64,000 nt of DNA from Dehalococcoidia bacterium (GTDB lineage: Bacteria; Chloroflexota; Dehalococcoidia; SM23-28-2; RBG-16-64-32), in the NCBI GenBank assembly GCA_034432935.1, contig DAOUBD010000012.1:17344-81343 (forward strand), given 5' to 3'. Under the pieces are notes generated by a model, which saw only the letters and a program-made list of their open reading frames with translations, ran no database searches and had not been told where the DNA came from. Shown in pieces: positions 26,847-36,013 of the stretch (positions are counted from its first letter, which is position 1; every line of letters starts with the position of its first letter). The position numbers were made by a program, and so were the translations under genes.

Positions 26847-27983
26847 ATGGACATGGAATTTAGCGAAGAGCAGCTCAAGCTTATAGACACTGCCCGGCGC
26901 TTTCTGGAGAAGGAATCGCCCCTTTCTGCCGCCCGGGAGCACGAGAGTACGGAAACTGGGTTCTCTCTCGATCTGTGGCAGAAGATGGCCTCGCTGGGAT
27001 GGCTGGGGCTGCCCTTTCCGGAGGAGTTCGGTGGCTACGGGATGGGAAATGTGGACCTGGTCTGCCTGACCAAAGAGCTGGGCCGTGTGCTGTGCCCCAG
27101 CCCTTATATCCCGACCGTCGTCTTGGCCGGGGGAGCGATCCTGGCGGCGGGCAACGAAGACCAGAAGAGGGAATATCTGCCCCGCATCGCTGGCGGACAG
27201 CTCATCATCGCCTTCGCCCTTCAGGAAGCTAGCCGCTACTACGATCCGCGCGGCATCTCCACTCGCGCTACAGAGGTCGACGGCGGCTATGTCCTTAACG
27301 GCACCAAGATGTTCGTGGAGTTCGCCAACGCCGCAGACCGAATGCTGGTTGTTGCCCGCACCGCCGGCGCGCCTCCCTCGGCGGAGGGCGTCACCATGTT
27401 CCTCGTGGACGCCAAGACGCCTGGCATAACGATGCGCCCCTTGGGCACGATGGCCCGGGACAAGCAGTTTGAGCTGCGACTGGAGGACGTCAGGGTGTCG
27501 AAGGCCGACGTCCTCGGGCCCAGCGGCGGCGCCTGGCCGATACTGGAGGGTGTCATACAGCGGGGCGTCGTAGCCTTTGCCGGATACATGATTGGCGCCT
27601 CCGAGAAGATCCACTCTATGGCGGTCGACTTCGCCAAGCAGAGAGTACAGTTCGATAGGCCCATCGGCAGCTTTCAAGCCATCCAGCATTACTTGGCCCA
27701 GTCCATCACCGAGATCATCGGTGCCGACACCATGACCTTCTACTCCGCCTGGAGCCTGGACGAGGGGCTGCCCTCTCGCGAGATCGTGGCCAAGGTCAAG
27801 AGTCTGGCGGGCGATACCTACAAGAACGTATCGGCTCTGGGAGCGCAGATCTACGGCGGCATCGGCTTCAACGAGGATGTAGACACCACCCTGTTCCTGC
27901 GCCGTGGCAAGCAAGCTCAGCTCGCCATGGGTGACACGGGGTACTGGGAAGATATCATCGCCGAGGAGCTTCTCGACAAGTAG
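26847..27983 (+). CDS. Acyl-CoA dehydrogenase, partner beta subunit
   Basis: RVQFDRPIGSFQAIQH, QIYGGIGF. Adjacent to the alpha subunit. Confidence 0.9.
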   Translation: MDMEFSEEQLKLIDTARRFLEKESPLSAAREHESTETGFSLDLWQKMASLGWLGLPFPEEFGGYGMGNVDLVCLTKELGRVLCPSPYIPTVVLAGGAILAAGNEDQKREYLPRIAGGQLIIAFALQEASRYYDPRGISTRATEVDGGYVLNGTKMFVEFANAADRMLVVARTAGAPPSAEGVTMFLVDAKTPGITMRPLGTMARDKQFELRLEDVRVSKADVLGPSGGAWPILEGVIQRGVVAFAGYMIGASEKIHSMAVDFAKQRVQFDRPIGSFQAIQHYLAQSITEIIGADTMTFYSAWSLDEGLPSREIVAKVKSLAGDTYKNVSALGAQIYGGIGFNEDVDTTLFLRRGKQAQLAMGDTGYWEDIIAEELLDK

Positions 27984-27985
27984 CT

Positions 27986-29077
27986 ATGGAAACGGAAGGC
28001 GGCCTCGATTACGTCCCGGAATACCTCTCTCCGGAGGCTAGGCAGCGCCTTCTCGCCCTTACTAGGGAAACGGAGCCCCAGGAAGCTCCCCTCGAGGTGA
28101 ACGAATACCTGATTCGTCACTGGTGTGAGACTCTGGAGGACGGAAACCCCCTTTACCTCGATGAGGAGTATGCCCGTTCCCGGGGGTTTCGTGGCCTCGT
28201 AGCCCCGCCTGGCACCGTGATGACCACCTTCGCCCAGTTCTTCCGCTGGCCCTGGCCGCCGGGCGGCCGCGAACCCCAACGTCATCTTCACTACGATGTC
28301 AAGGAGGCCCTCGGGCTTCCCGTGGCTATCATCCAGGGTCTGGAGATCGAGTACGGCGTCCCCCTTCAGGTAGGCGACCGCCTGAACATCACCCAGCGTC
28401 TCACCTCCGTCTCCCCCTGGAAGAAGACCCGCCTAGGCGAGGGCCACTTCTGGACCATCGAGCGCACCTACCGTAACCAGCATGGCCAGGTGGTGGCCCG
28501 GGAGCGGCTCACGGCGTTCGGCTATGGGAGGGATGCAGGCCCCTCGGGCAGCGGGGCCGGCAACAAGGGCGGCTGGAGCCCCGCAGTGGAGGAAGCGATC
28601 CAAGGTGACAAGACAGGCTACCAGCCGCCGCCATCCAGAACGGTGTTCTGGGAAGATGTTGTGGAAGGACAGGCGCTGCCGGAACTACGAATGCCCATAA
28701 CCTTCACCCGATGCGTGTACCTGGCGTCCGCCACGCGCGACTTTTCGCCCCAACACTCCAACCGTGACTATGCGCAGCAGCGCTCCAAGACCAGGGACGT
28801 CTTCGTTAACACCCCCTTCAACATGGGGATGGTTAGTCGCTTCATGACCGATTGGGCTGGACCCTTGAGTGCAGTCAGGAAGATGAAGATCTCCATGCGG
28901 GGCAACGTCTGCGCGGGCGACGAGATGATCATCAATGGGTCGGTGCAACGGAAATATGTCGAGGACGGGGAGCACAGGGTGGATATAGACATAACGATAT
29001 CGACGCAAGATGGGCCTGTGACACCCTGTTCCGCCACCTTGGCCTTGCCTGTCCGGAGCGGCACGGGCGCAACCTGA
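27986..29077 (+). CDS. Fused double hot-dog MaoC hydratase (MaoC_dehydrat_N + MaoC)
   Basis: N-domain VNEYLIRHWCETLEDGNPLY matches 7687-8196. C-domain TRDFSPQH matches 7271-7690. Confidence 0.85.
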   Translation: METEGGLDYVPEYLSPEARQRLLALTRETEPQEAPLEVNEYLIRHWCETLEDGNPLYLDEEYARSRGFRGLVAPPGTVMTTFAQFFRWPWPPGGREPQRHLHYDVKEALGLPVAIIQGLEIEYGVPLQVGDRLNITQRLTSVSPWKKTRLGEGHFWTIERTYRNQHGQVVARERLTAFGYGRDAGPSGSGAGNKGGWSPAVEEAIQGDKTGYQPPPSRTVFWEDVVEGQALPELRMPITFTRCVYLASATRDFSPQHSNRDYAQQRSKTRDVFVNTPFNMGMVSRFMTDWAGPLSAVRKMKISMRGNVCAGDEMIINGSVQRKYVEDGEHRVDIDITISTQDGPVTPCSATLALPVRSGTGAT

Positions 29078-29089
29078 GCCGGAGATCCC

Positions 29090-31678
29090 GTGGCTGGCCT
29101 ATCGTCCTCGCCGACCCCCTCTGGTCAGCCGGCGGCTGTATGCGCCGGGCTCCGGGTGCTGGACTTCAGCTCCTGGATGGCAGGGCCTCTGGCGACTGGG
29201 GTGCTTAGCGACTACGGCGCGGAGGTCATCAAGGTGGAACCGCCCGCTGGCGATCCGGCGCGGCGTCTCCCCGCGTTCCAGACCTGGAACCGAGGCAAAC
29301 GGAGCTTGGTTTTGGATTTAAGGAGCCCTGGGGGCCGGAAGACTGCCTTGGGGTTGGCGGAAGCTGCCGATGTGGTCGTCACGTCCTGGCGCCCTGGCGT
29401 CGCTGAACGCTTGGGTCTGGGCTATGACGACGTTCAGCGGATCAACCGCGGTGCCATCTACGTCTCCATCACCGGGTATGGGGAGAGTGGCCAGCGGGCT
29501 CGGCTGAAGGGCTACGAGGGACTGGTGGCGGCCAAATCTGGACGGATGATGATGTTTGAAGGGGTGGCGCCTCGCCCCGGCCCGGCCTTTCCTGCTGTGC
29601 CTTGTGCCTCCTACTCGGCAGGGATGCTGGCCCTGCAGGGCATTCTCGCTGGCCTGCACATGCGTCGGCGGACTGGCCGGGGCCAAAAGGTCAGCGTATC
29701 GCTCCTTGCCGCCCTCATGCCCTTTGATATCGTCATGTGGATCGGCTGGCAGCTTCGGGGCAAAGAGTTGGAGACGGAGGGCCAGACCGCGCCCATGATC
29801 CTCCAGAAGCTCTTGGGCGAGCGCAAGCCACCGGCTGGGCCTGGCACGTACGATCCCACCCAGTTGTACCGGCCGGGCGTCCGCATCCCACGGCCCAACT
29901 ACCTCGTGGCCGTCACGAAGGACGGCGTGTGGCTTCAGTTCGCCAACACGACGGACCGCTTGTGCCTGGCGCAGATGCAAGCCCTCGATCTGCTGGAGCT
30001 GTATGGCGACGAGCGTTTCGCCAAACTTCCCGCCGTGTTCACGGAGGACGCCGCGGACGAGCTGTGGGGCTTGGTGCTAGAGACGGTACGTTCCAAGACG
30101 TACGAAGAGTGGGCTGCCCGCTTTACGGAGTACGAGGACTTGGCCGTCGAGCGGTTGCGTTGGCCTGCCGAGGCCCTGGATCACCCCCAGGTCAGGCACA
30201 ACCGGCATGTAATAGAGGTGCCCGGGCTCGACGGCAAGCCTACTTTCCAGCCGGGACCCATCGTCAGGGTCAATGGCGTTTTCCCGACCGTGGCGCGGAG
30301 GGCGCCGCGGCTGGGAGAACATTCCCAGGAAATCTTGAGCGATCGCGGTGGCTGGGCTCGGCATTCGTCACCCGTCGATCGCCCGGACGCCCCAAATGAC
30401 AGCAGAGCACCCCTGGATGGCATAACGATTGTCGATTTCTCGACTTGGATCGCTGCTCCCTATTCAACAAGCCTCCTCGCCTCGCTGGGGGCTCGTGTCA
30501 TCAAGGTCGAACAGGTGGGCGGTGACACGAGCCGCTACTCTACGGGCGGGCTATTGTCCTTCCCCATGACCCAGGGCAAGGAGAGCATCGCTCTCAATCT
30601 CAAGGACCCCCGTGGTCTGGAAGTCGTCCAGCGGCTTATCGCTCGGGCGGATGCCGTGGTTCACAACTTCAGGCCGGGAGTCCCGGAGCGCCTGGGCATC
30701 GACTACGACTCCTGCCGCCGTCTGAACCCCCGGGTGATCTATCTGAACGAAGCCTCCTATGGTGACACAGGGCCCGATGCGAGGCGTCCGGCTTTTTTCG
30801 CCTCCATCGCTGCCGTTGGGGGCAACACATTCCGTCAGGCGGGGGCGGGACACCCGCGGCCGGATGCCCAGCGGCTTCCGCTGCACGAGCTGAAGGAGGA
30901 GGCGTGGCGCCTGCTGAAAGCGGCCGAAGGCAACGCCGACCCCATCGCTTCCTTGGCCGCGGCCGCGGCCTTCCTTCTGGGCCTTCACGCCCGAGAGGAG
31001 ACGGGCCAAAGCCAAGACTTGATGACAACCATGGTGTGCTCTGATATGTGGGCCAACTCCGACGAGTGCATCGCCTACGCCGGATGCCCAGCGCCGGCCT
31101 CCGTGGACGAGGAGCTGATGGGTCTATCGCCAGTATACCGGCTTTACCGGGCACGAGAGGGCTGGGTCTTCCTGGCCTGCCTGGAGCGGAGCGAATGGGA
31201 AAGTTTCTGCCGCCTCACGGGCAAACAGGACTGGAAATCTCGCTGGGAGGGCGGCTGGCAGCCGGGGTCCGCCGGCGCCAGGATTCTGGCGGACGACCTG
31301 GCCCGCCTCTTCCGAGAGCGCGATGCCTCAGAGTGGGAGTCGCTGGCGACTCGCGAAGAGGTCCCCCTCGTGGCTGTCGAGCAGCGCGACCCCGGCAGGT
31401 TCAATATTCAAGATGCCGGCATGAGAGAGCTAGGGCATGCGGTGCAGGTGGAGAGTTCCATCCACGGTTCTTACTGGCGCCATGGCGCCCTTCAGCAGTT
31501 TTCAGATGCAGGGCAGGTCTTCCGGGGCTGGGAGCCTTTGGGCGGGCACACCAAGCCCATCCTCCGAGAGCTGGGGTACAGCGACGATGCTATCGAAATG
31601 CTGATTCGTGATGGCGTGGCGGAAGCCTGGCCGGGTGAGGCCCCGGGCGAACCCACGCCGGTGCAGAGGAGGACATGA
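29090..31678 (+). CDS. Tandem CaiB/BaiF CoA-transferase, N-domain lacking the catalytic Asp
   Basis: GLRVLDFS...WNRGKRSLVLDL (N-domain, PCASYSAG) and PLDGITIVDFS (C-domain, GNADPIA). Confidence 0.88.
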   Translation: MAGLSSSPTPSGQPAAVCAGLRVLDFSSWMAGPLATGVLSDYGAEVIKVEPPAGDPARRLPAFQTWNRGKRSLVLDLRSPGGRKTALGLAEAADVVVTSWRPGVAERLGLGYDDVQRINRGAIYVSITGYGESGQRARLKGYEGLVAAKSGRMMMFEGVAPRPGPAFPAVPCASYSAGMLALQGILAGLHMRRRTGRGQKVSVSLLAALMPFDIVMWIGWQLRGKELETEGQTAPMILQKLLGERKPPAGPGTYDPTQLYRPGVRIPRPNYLVAVTKDGVWLQFANTTDRLCLAQMQALDLLELYGDERFAKLPAVFTEDAADELWGLVLETVRSKTYEEWAARFTEYEDLAVERLRWPAEALDHPQVRHNRHVIEVPGLDGKPTFQPGPIVRVNGVFPTVARRAPRLGEHSQEILSDRGGWARHSSPVDRPDAPNDSRAPLDGITIVDFSTWIAAPYSTSLLASLGARVIKVEQVGGDTSRYSTGGLLSFPMTQGKESIALNLKDPRGLEVVQRLIARADAVVHNFRPGVPERLGIDYDSCRRLNPRVIYLNEASYGDTGPDARRPAFFASIAAVGGNTFRQAGAGHPRPDAQRLPLHELKEEAWRLLKAAEGNADPIASLAAAAAFLLGLHAREETGQSQDLMTTMVCSDMWANSDECIAYAGCPAPASVDEELMGLSPVYRLYRAREGWVFLACLERSEWESFCRLTGKQDWKSRWEGGWQPGSAGARILADDLARLFRERDASEWESLATREEVPLVAVEQRDPGRFNIQDAGMRELGHAVQVESSIHGSYWRHGALQQFSDAGQVFRGWEPLGGHTKPILRELGYSDDAIEMLIRDGVAEAWPGEAPGEPTPVQRRT

Positions 31679-32832
31679 TTCGGGACAAGACGGCGATAGT
31701 AGGGATCGGCACTACGGAGTATGTGAGGAATATCGGGCGCTCCGAGCTGGAGACGGCACTCCAGGTGATTCGTGAGGCCCTGGAGGAGGCTGGCCTTACG
31801 CCTCGGGACGTGGACGCCATCTTCAAGGTGGAGACGCCGGGCGAGGATTCGAATAACGAGATAGAGTTGGCCCGCAACCTCGGCATCCCGAACCTCAGGG
31901 CTTGGGGCGGCATGGGCTTCGGAGGTGGTGCGGCTTGTGGCCCCGTCGTCCACGCCGCTATGGCCGTCGCAACCGGCTTGGCCACGGTGGCCGTCGCCGT
32001 GAGGGCCAGGAACCGGGGCTCGGGAGGCCGACCCTGGGCGCGTACCGGCAACCGCGTGCCAGGCGTCGGTGCCTTCGAGATCCCCTATGGCCTCGTCAGC
32101 CCTCCTCAACAGATCGCCATTGTGGCTCGCCGCTATATGTATGAATACGGAGCGCGCCCAGAGGATTTCGCTCGCGTGGCCGTCATGCAGAGGGCCAACG
32201 CCTCCCGTAACCCCCGGGCCTTCTTCCGCGATCCCATCACCGTGGAAGACGTTCTCTCCTCCCGAATGATCGCCGATCCGTTGCACCTGTTGGACTGTTC
32301 TCTGGAGACGGATGGCGCCTGCGCCCTCGTCATCACCAGCGCTGAACGGGCCCGTGACCTGAAGCAGCGGCCGGTGTACATCTCTGGGGCCGCCCAGGGC
32401 ATGGGGCCGAGGCACTACATGATGAGCGGTCTCCTCTATCAGGACGACCCCTTCGATCTGCCATCGTATTACGCCGCTCGCGACGTCTACGCCATGGCTG
32501 GACTTGGGCCCGAGGATGTTGACGTAGCCGAGTTTTACGATGTCTTCAGCCCCATGGTGCTGTGGCAACTGGAGGCCTACGGATTCTGCCGGCGTGGCGA
32601 GGCCGCCGCCTTTGTCCAGGCCGGCAAGGCCGATTGGCCCGGTGGAGACCTCCCCGTTAACACCCACGGCGGCAGCCTCTCGGAGGCCTACGTCCATGGC
32701 TTCAATCATGTGCTGGAGGCGGTTAGGCAGATCCGCGGAACATCCACTTGCCAGGTCGAAGGGGCGCGGGTGGCGCTAGTTGCGGCGGCGGCAGTGGTGC
32801 CGACCAGCGCGCTGATCCTGAGGAGGGATTAG
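31675..32832 (+). CDS. Thiolase-like Ltp2-type protein
   Basis: AIVGIG, GGGAACG, EFYDVF, NTHGGSLSEAYVHG. Confidence 0.88.
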   Translation: MIRDKTAIVGIGTTEYVRNIGRSELETALQVIREALEEAGLTPRDVDAIFKVETPGEDSNNEIELARNLGIPNLRAWGGMGFGGGAACGPVVHAAMAVATGLATVAVAVRARNRGSGGRPWARTGNRVPGVGAFEIPYGLVSPPQQIAIVARRYMYEYGARPEDFARVAVMQRANASRNPRAFFRDPITVEDVLSSRMIADPLHLLDCSLETDGACALVITSAERARDLKQRPVYISGAAQGMGPRHYMMSGLLYQDDPFDLPSYYAARDVYAMAGLGPEDVDVAEFYDVFSPMVLWQLEAYGFCRRGEAAAFVQAGKADWPGGDLPVNTHGGSLSEAYVHGFNHVLEAVRQIRGTSTCQVEGARVALVAAAAVVPTSALILRRD

Positions 32833-32836
32833 AAGC

Positions 32837-33253
32837 ATGGCCCAAGAGATGGTGAGCGATCGCCCCCTGCCTCTGATAACGCCTCTCACGGAGCCCTTTT
32901 GGAAGGCAGCCCGTCAGCACCGCTTGCTGGTCCAGCGCTGCGCTGCCTGCGGCAGATTCCGATGGCCCCCTGAGATCGGCTGCTTTTACTGTGGCTCGAT
33001 GGAGTCGGCCTGGACGCCAGTGAGCGGGAGGGCCTCCCTCTATAGTTGGACCGTAGCTCACCCGCCGCTCTTGCCCTACTTCCAGCAGCGCGCGCCTTGG
33101 CCAGTGGTGGTGGTTCAACTGGAAGAAGGGCCCCGCATGGTATCCAACCTGGTAGGCGTGCCGCCGGAGGAGTACACATTCGGCATGCGCCTTGTGGCGG
33201 GTTTCGAGGACCTCCACGATGAGGTGACGCTGGTAGTGTTTAGGCGTCCGTAG
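32837..33253 (+). CDS. DUF35 Zn-ribbon/OB-fold protein
   Basis: QRCAACG...CFYCG, SGRASLYSWT, VQLEEGPRM. Confidence 0.9.
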   Translation: MAQEMVSDRPLPLITPLTEPFWKAARQHRLLVQRCAACGRFRWPPEIGCFYCGSMESAWTPVSGRASLYSWTVAHPPLLPYFQQRAPWPVVVVQLEEGPRMVSNLVGVPPEEYTFGMRLVAGFEDLHDEVTLVVFRRP

Positions 33254-33290
33254 GGCGTGGCCCTCGCAGGCGCAGAGGAGAAGGTAGGAA

Positions 33291-34457
33291 GTGGAGTTCA
33301 GGGAAACGCCGGAGATGGCCAAGATCCGGAGCGAGATCCGGGAAGTTCTGGCCGAAGCTTTACCCTCTGACTGGCAGGGCAGCGGTTTTCTGCCTATGGA
33401 CGTGCGGCCAGAGCACATGGAGATCGCGCGCAACCTTGACCGCAAGCTCGCCTCTCGCCGGCTCCTGGCTCCCGCCTGGCCCGTCGAATACGGTGGGCGC
33501 GGCCTGACCCCCCTGGAGCAGTTCGCCCTCTTCGAAGAGCTGGGCTACGGGTTGGCGCCTCGTCTGACTACGGTCTCGGTGGACCTCGTGGGGCCAGTGC
33601 TCATCCACTACGGCAGCGATGAGCAGCGCCGGCGGCATCTTCCCGCCATCGCCAATGACGCCCAGGTGTGGTGCCAGGGTTTCAGCGAGCCAGAGGCTGG
33701 CTCGGACCTCACCAGCCTACGCACCAGGGCTGAGCGCCAGGGCGACGTCTACGTCATCAACGGCCACAAGATCTGGACGAGCATGGCCCACGTCTCTCAG
33801 TGGTGTATCCTTCTGGCCCGCACCGGCCCCCAGGAGTCGAAGAGCCGCGGCCTCAGCCTGTTCCTCGTCCCATTGGACGCGCCGGGCATCGAGGTCAGGC
33901 CCATCTGGGACGCTAGCGACGAGCACATGCTCAACGAAACCTTCTTCGATAACGTGCAAGTCCCCGTAGAAAACCTGGTGGGCGCCGAGAATGAGGGCTG
34001 GAAGTACGCCACAACCCTCCTGCAATACGAAAGGGGCGACGCGTTGCTGGTGGGCCAGTTCCGCCGCCTCCTGGACGATGTCGAGGCCCTTATCCGCCAG
34101 CAGGGGCGTTCACGGGCTGACGCCAGGGCTCTCCTGGCCCAGTGCGAGGTCGAGTGGCAGATCGGCCGGCTCTTCACCCTCCAGATCGTCACTATGCACC
34201 TGCGCGGCCAGATGCCGGACATGGAAGCCTCTGCCGTCAAGCTGTTCATGACCGAGGCGTACCAAAGGCTCGGTCATGTCTGCCTGCACCTCACAGGCCT
34301 CGCCGGCCTCCTACGCACTGGCGAACCGCGGGCGCTCCTGGGTGGCCGCATCGACCAGGCTGTCGTCGCCTCCACCGTAGGTACCATCATGGGTGGCACC
34401 TCGGAGATCCAACGGACCATCATCGCTACCCGGGGGCTCGGGCTTCCCAGGGGCTAG
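33291..34457 (+). CDS. Acyl-CoA dehydrogenase (alpha-type)
   Basis: CQGFSEPEAGSDLTSL, INGHKIWTS, LQYER, GGTSEIQRTII. Confidence 0.92.
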   Translation: MEFRETPEMAKIRSEIREVLAEALPSDWQGSGFLPMDVRPEHMEIARNLDRKLASRRLLAPAWPVEYGGRGLTPLEQFALFEELGYGLAPRLTTVSVDLVGPVLIHYGSDEQRRRHLPAIANDAQVWCQGFSEPEAGSDLTSLRTRAERQGDVYVINGHKIWTSMAHVSQWCILLARTGPQESKSRGLSLFLVPLDAPGIEVRPIWDASDEHMLNETFFDNVQVPVENLVGAENEGWKYATTLLQYERGDALLVGQFRRLLDDVEALIRQQGRSRADARALLAQCEVEWQIGRLFTLQIVTMHLRGQMPDMEASAVKLFMTEAYQRLGHVCLHLTGLAGLLRTGEPRALLGGRIDQAVVASTVGTIMGGTSEIQRTIIATRGLGLPRG

Positions 34458-34459
34458 GC

Positions 34460-35215
34460 GTGGAGATCCGTTTCGACGGCAAAGTGGCCCTAGTGACAGG
34501 GGCCGCCAGCGGCATCGGCCTTGAGGTCGCGCATGGCCTCGCCCGGGCCGGGGCGACCTTGGCCCTATTGGACCTTCCGGGCCCTGGCCTCGAGGGGGCA
34601 GCGCGTGGTCTGGAGGGCCCTAGCGGTGTTATTGTTCTGCGGGCCGATGTCACCGATCTGGCCGCTGTGCAGGCTTCAGCGGAAAAGGCTGCCGCGGAGG
34701 CCGGCGGCCTCGACATCGTGATAACCTGCGCTGGCCGGGCGATAACGGGTCCCTTTGCCGAAAGCGACCCCTCCTCGTGGCGCGATCTCTTGGAGGTGAA
34801 TCTGCTGGGCACTATGAACGTGTGTTACGCTGCCATCCCTTATTTGCTGGAGCGCGGCCGAGGGCGGATCATCACCATCGCCTCCGATGCGGCTCGCGTA
34901 GGGTCGGCCGGGGAGGCCGCCTACTCCGCCGCAAAAGGCGGCGTCATCTCCTTTACCAAGTCGCTTGCCCGCGAATTAGCCCGCCATAACGTGACAGTCA
35001 ACTGCGTCTCCCCAGGCCCCACGGACACGCCAATGCTCCGAACGGTGATGTCTGGTGACGAGGACTTGCTCCAAAAGCTAGTGCGGGCCACTCCTCTGCG
35101 CCGTTTGGGCACAGCCAAGGACGTCGCCTCAGCCGTCCTGTTCTTGGCCTCCGACGATGCCTCCCATATCACTGGGCAGGTGCTCAGTGTCAGTGGTGGC
35201 ATCACCATGGTGTGA
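34460..35215 (+). CDS. badH: SDR, BadH-like (2-hydroxycyclohexanecarboxyl-CoA dehydrogenase family)
   Basis: IASDAARVGSAGEAAYSAAKGG...SPGPTDTP...ITGQVLSVSGGITM closely follows R. palustris BadH as I recall it. GTG 34460. Confidence 0.7.
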   Translation: MEIRFDGKVALVTGAASGIGLEVAHGLARAGATLALLDLPGPGLEGAARGLEGPSGVIVLRADVTDLAAVQASAEKAAAEAGGLDIVITCAGRAITGPFAESDPSSWRDLLEVNLLGTMNVCYAAIPYLLERGRGRIITIASDAARVGSAGEAAYSAAKGGVISFTKSLARELARHNVTVNCVSPGPTDTPMLRTVMSGDEDLLQKLVRATPLRRLGTAKDVASAVLFLASDDASHITGQVLSVSGGITMV

Positions 35216-36013
35216 AACATCCTGGGCCGCAGAGGCGAGGAAGTCGAGCCGCCCTCTGAAGAAGGCGCCGCCATCGGCAACCAGCGTCTGCCCCGTAACA
35301 AAGCTGGCCAAGGGCGACGCTAGGAAGGCCACGATGTTGGCGACGTCCTCCGGTTGGCCCAAGCGGCCCATGGGTATCAGCCTGGAGATGCGCTCTCGGT
35401 CTGCCTCGGCCATCAGCCGGCTGGTGCCCTCGGTCAGAATGAAGTCCGGCGCCACGCAGTTCACCCGTATGCGGGGTGCCCACTCCAGCGCCAGGGTCCG
35501 CGTTAGGTTGATGAGGCCCGCCTTCGCCGCCCCGTAGTGGGCAGCGTTCGGGCTCGCCGTTAGCCCCGCCACCGAGGCGATATTTACGATGGACCCGCCA
35601 TCCCCTTTCAGCATCGCCGGTGCTGCCGCCTGGGCGAAGAAGAAGGCCGAGTCCAGATTCAGGCGGATCACGGCGGTCCATCCGCCGGGCGTGATTGCAG
35701 ATGCGGGGGCAAAGAACATTCCCCCGGCGTTGTTCACCAGGATATCGAGCCGCCCCAGGTCGCCCACGGTCTTTTCCACTGTCGCCAGGGCTACAGCCGG
35801 ATCGCGCGCATCCCCGACTATCACGATCCCGCGCCGGCCGAGGGACGTTAGCAGATCCTGGGTTCCCTTGGCCCCGCTGGCGTCGCGATCCACAAGGCAA
35901 ACATCGACGCCCAGGCGGCCGAGAAGGAGCGCGCAGGCCCGGCCGATGCCCGCGCCGGCGCCCGTCACCACCGCCACACGGCCCTCAAGGCCGAAGAGTT
36001 TTCCGGAGTCCAT
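35129..36013 (-). CDS. SDR with C-terminal tail overlapping the convergent gene by 87 nt
   Basis: TGAGAGIG, NNAGG, YGAAK, TGQTLVADGG. ATG 36013 is coupled to the upstream TGA. Confidence 0.88.
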   Translation of the reverse strand: MDSGKLFGLEGRVAVVTGAGAGIGRACALLLGRLGVDVCLVDRDASGAKGTQDLLTSLGRRGIVIVGDARDPAVALATVEKTVGDLGRLDILVNNAGGMFFAPASAITPGGWTAVIRLNLDSAFFFAQAAAPAMLKGDGGSIVNIASVAGLTASPNAAHYGAAKAGLINLTRTLALEWAPRIRVNCVAPDFILTEGTSRLMAEADRERISRLIPMGRLGQPEDVANIVAFLASPLASFVTGQTLVADGGAFFRGRLDFLASAAQDVSHHGDATTDTEHLPSDMGGIVGGQEQDG

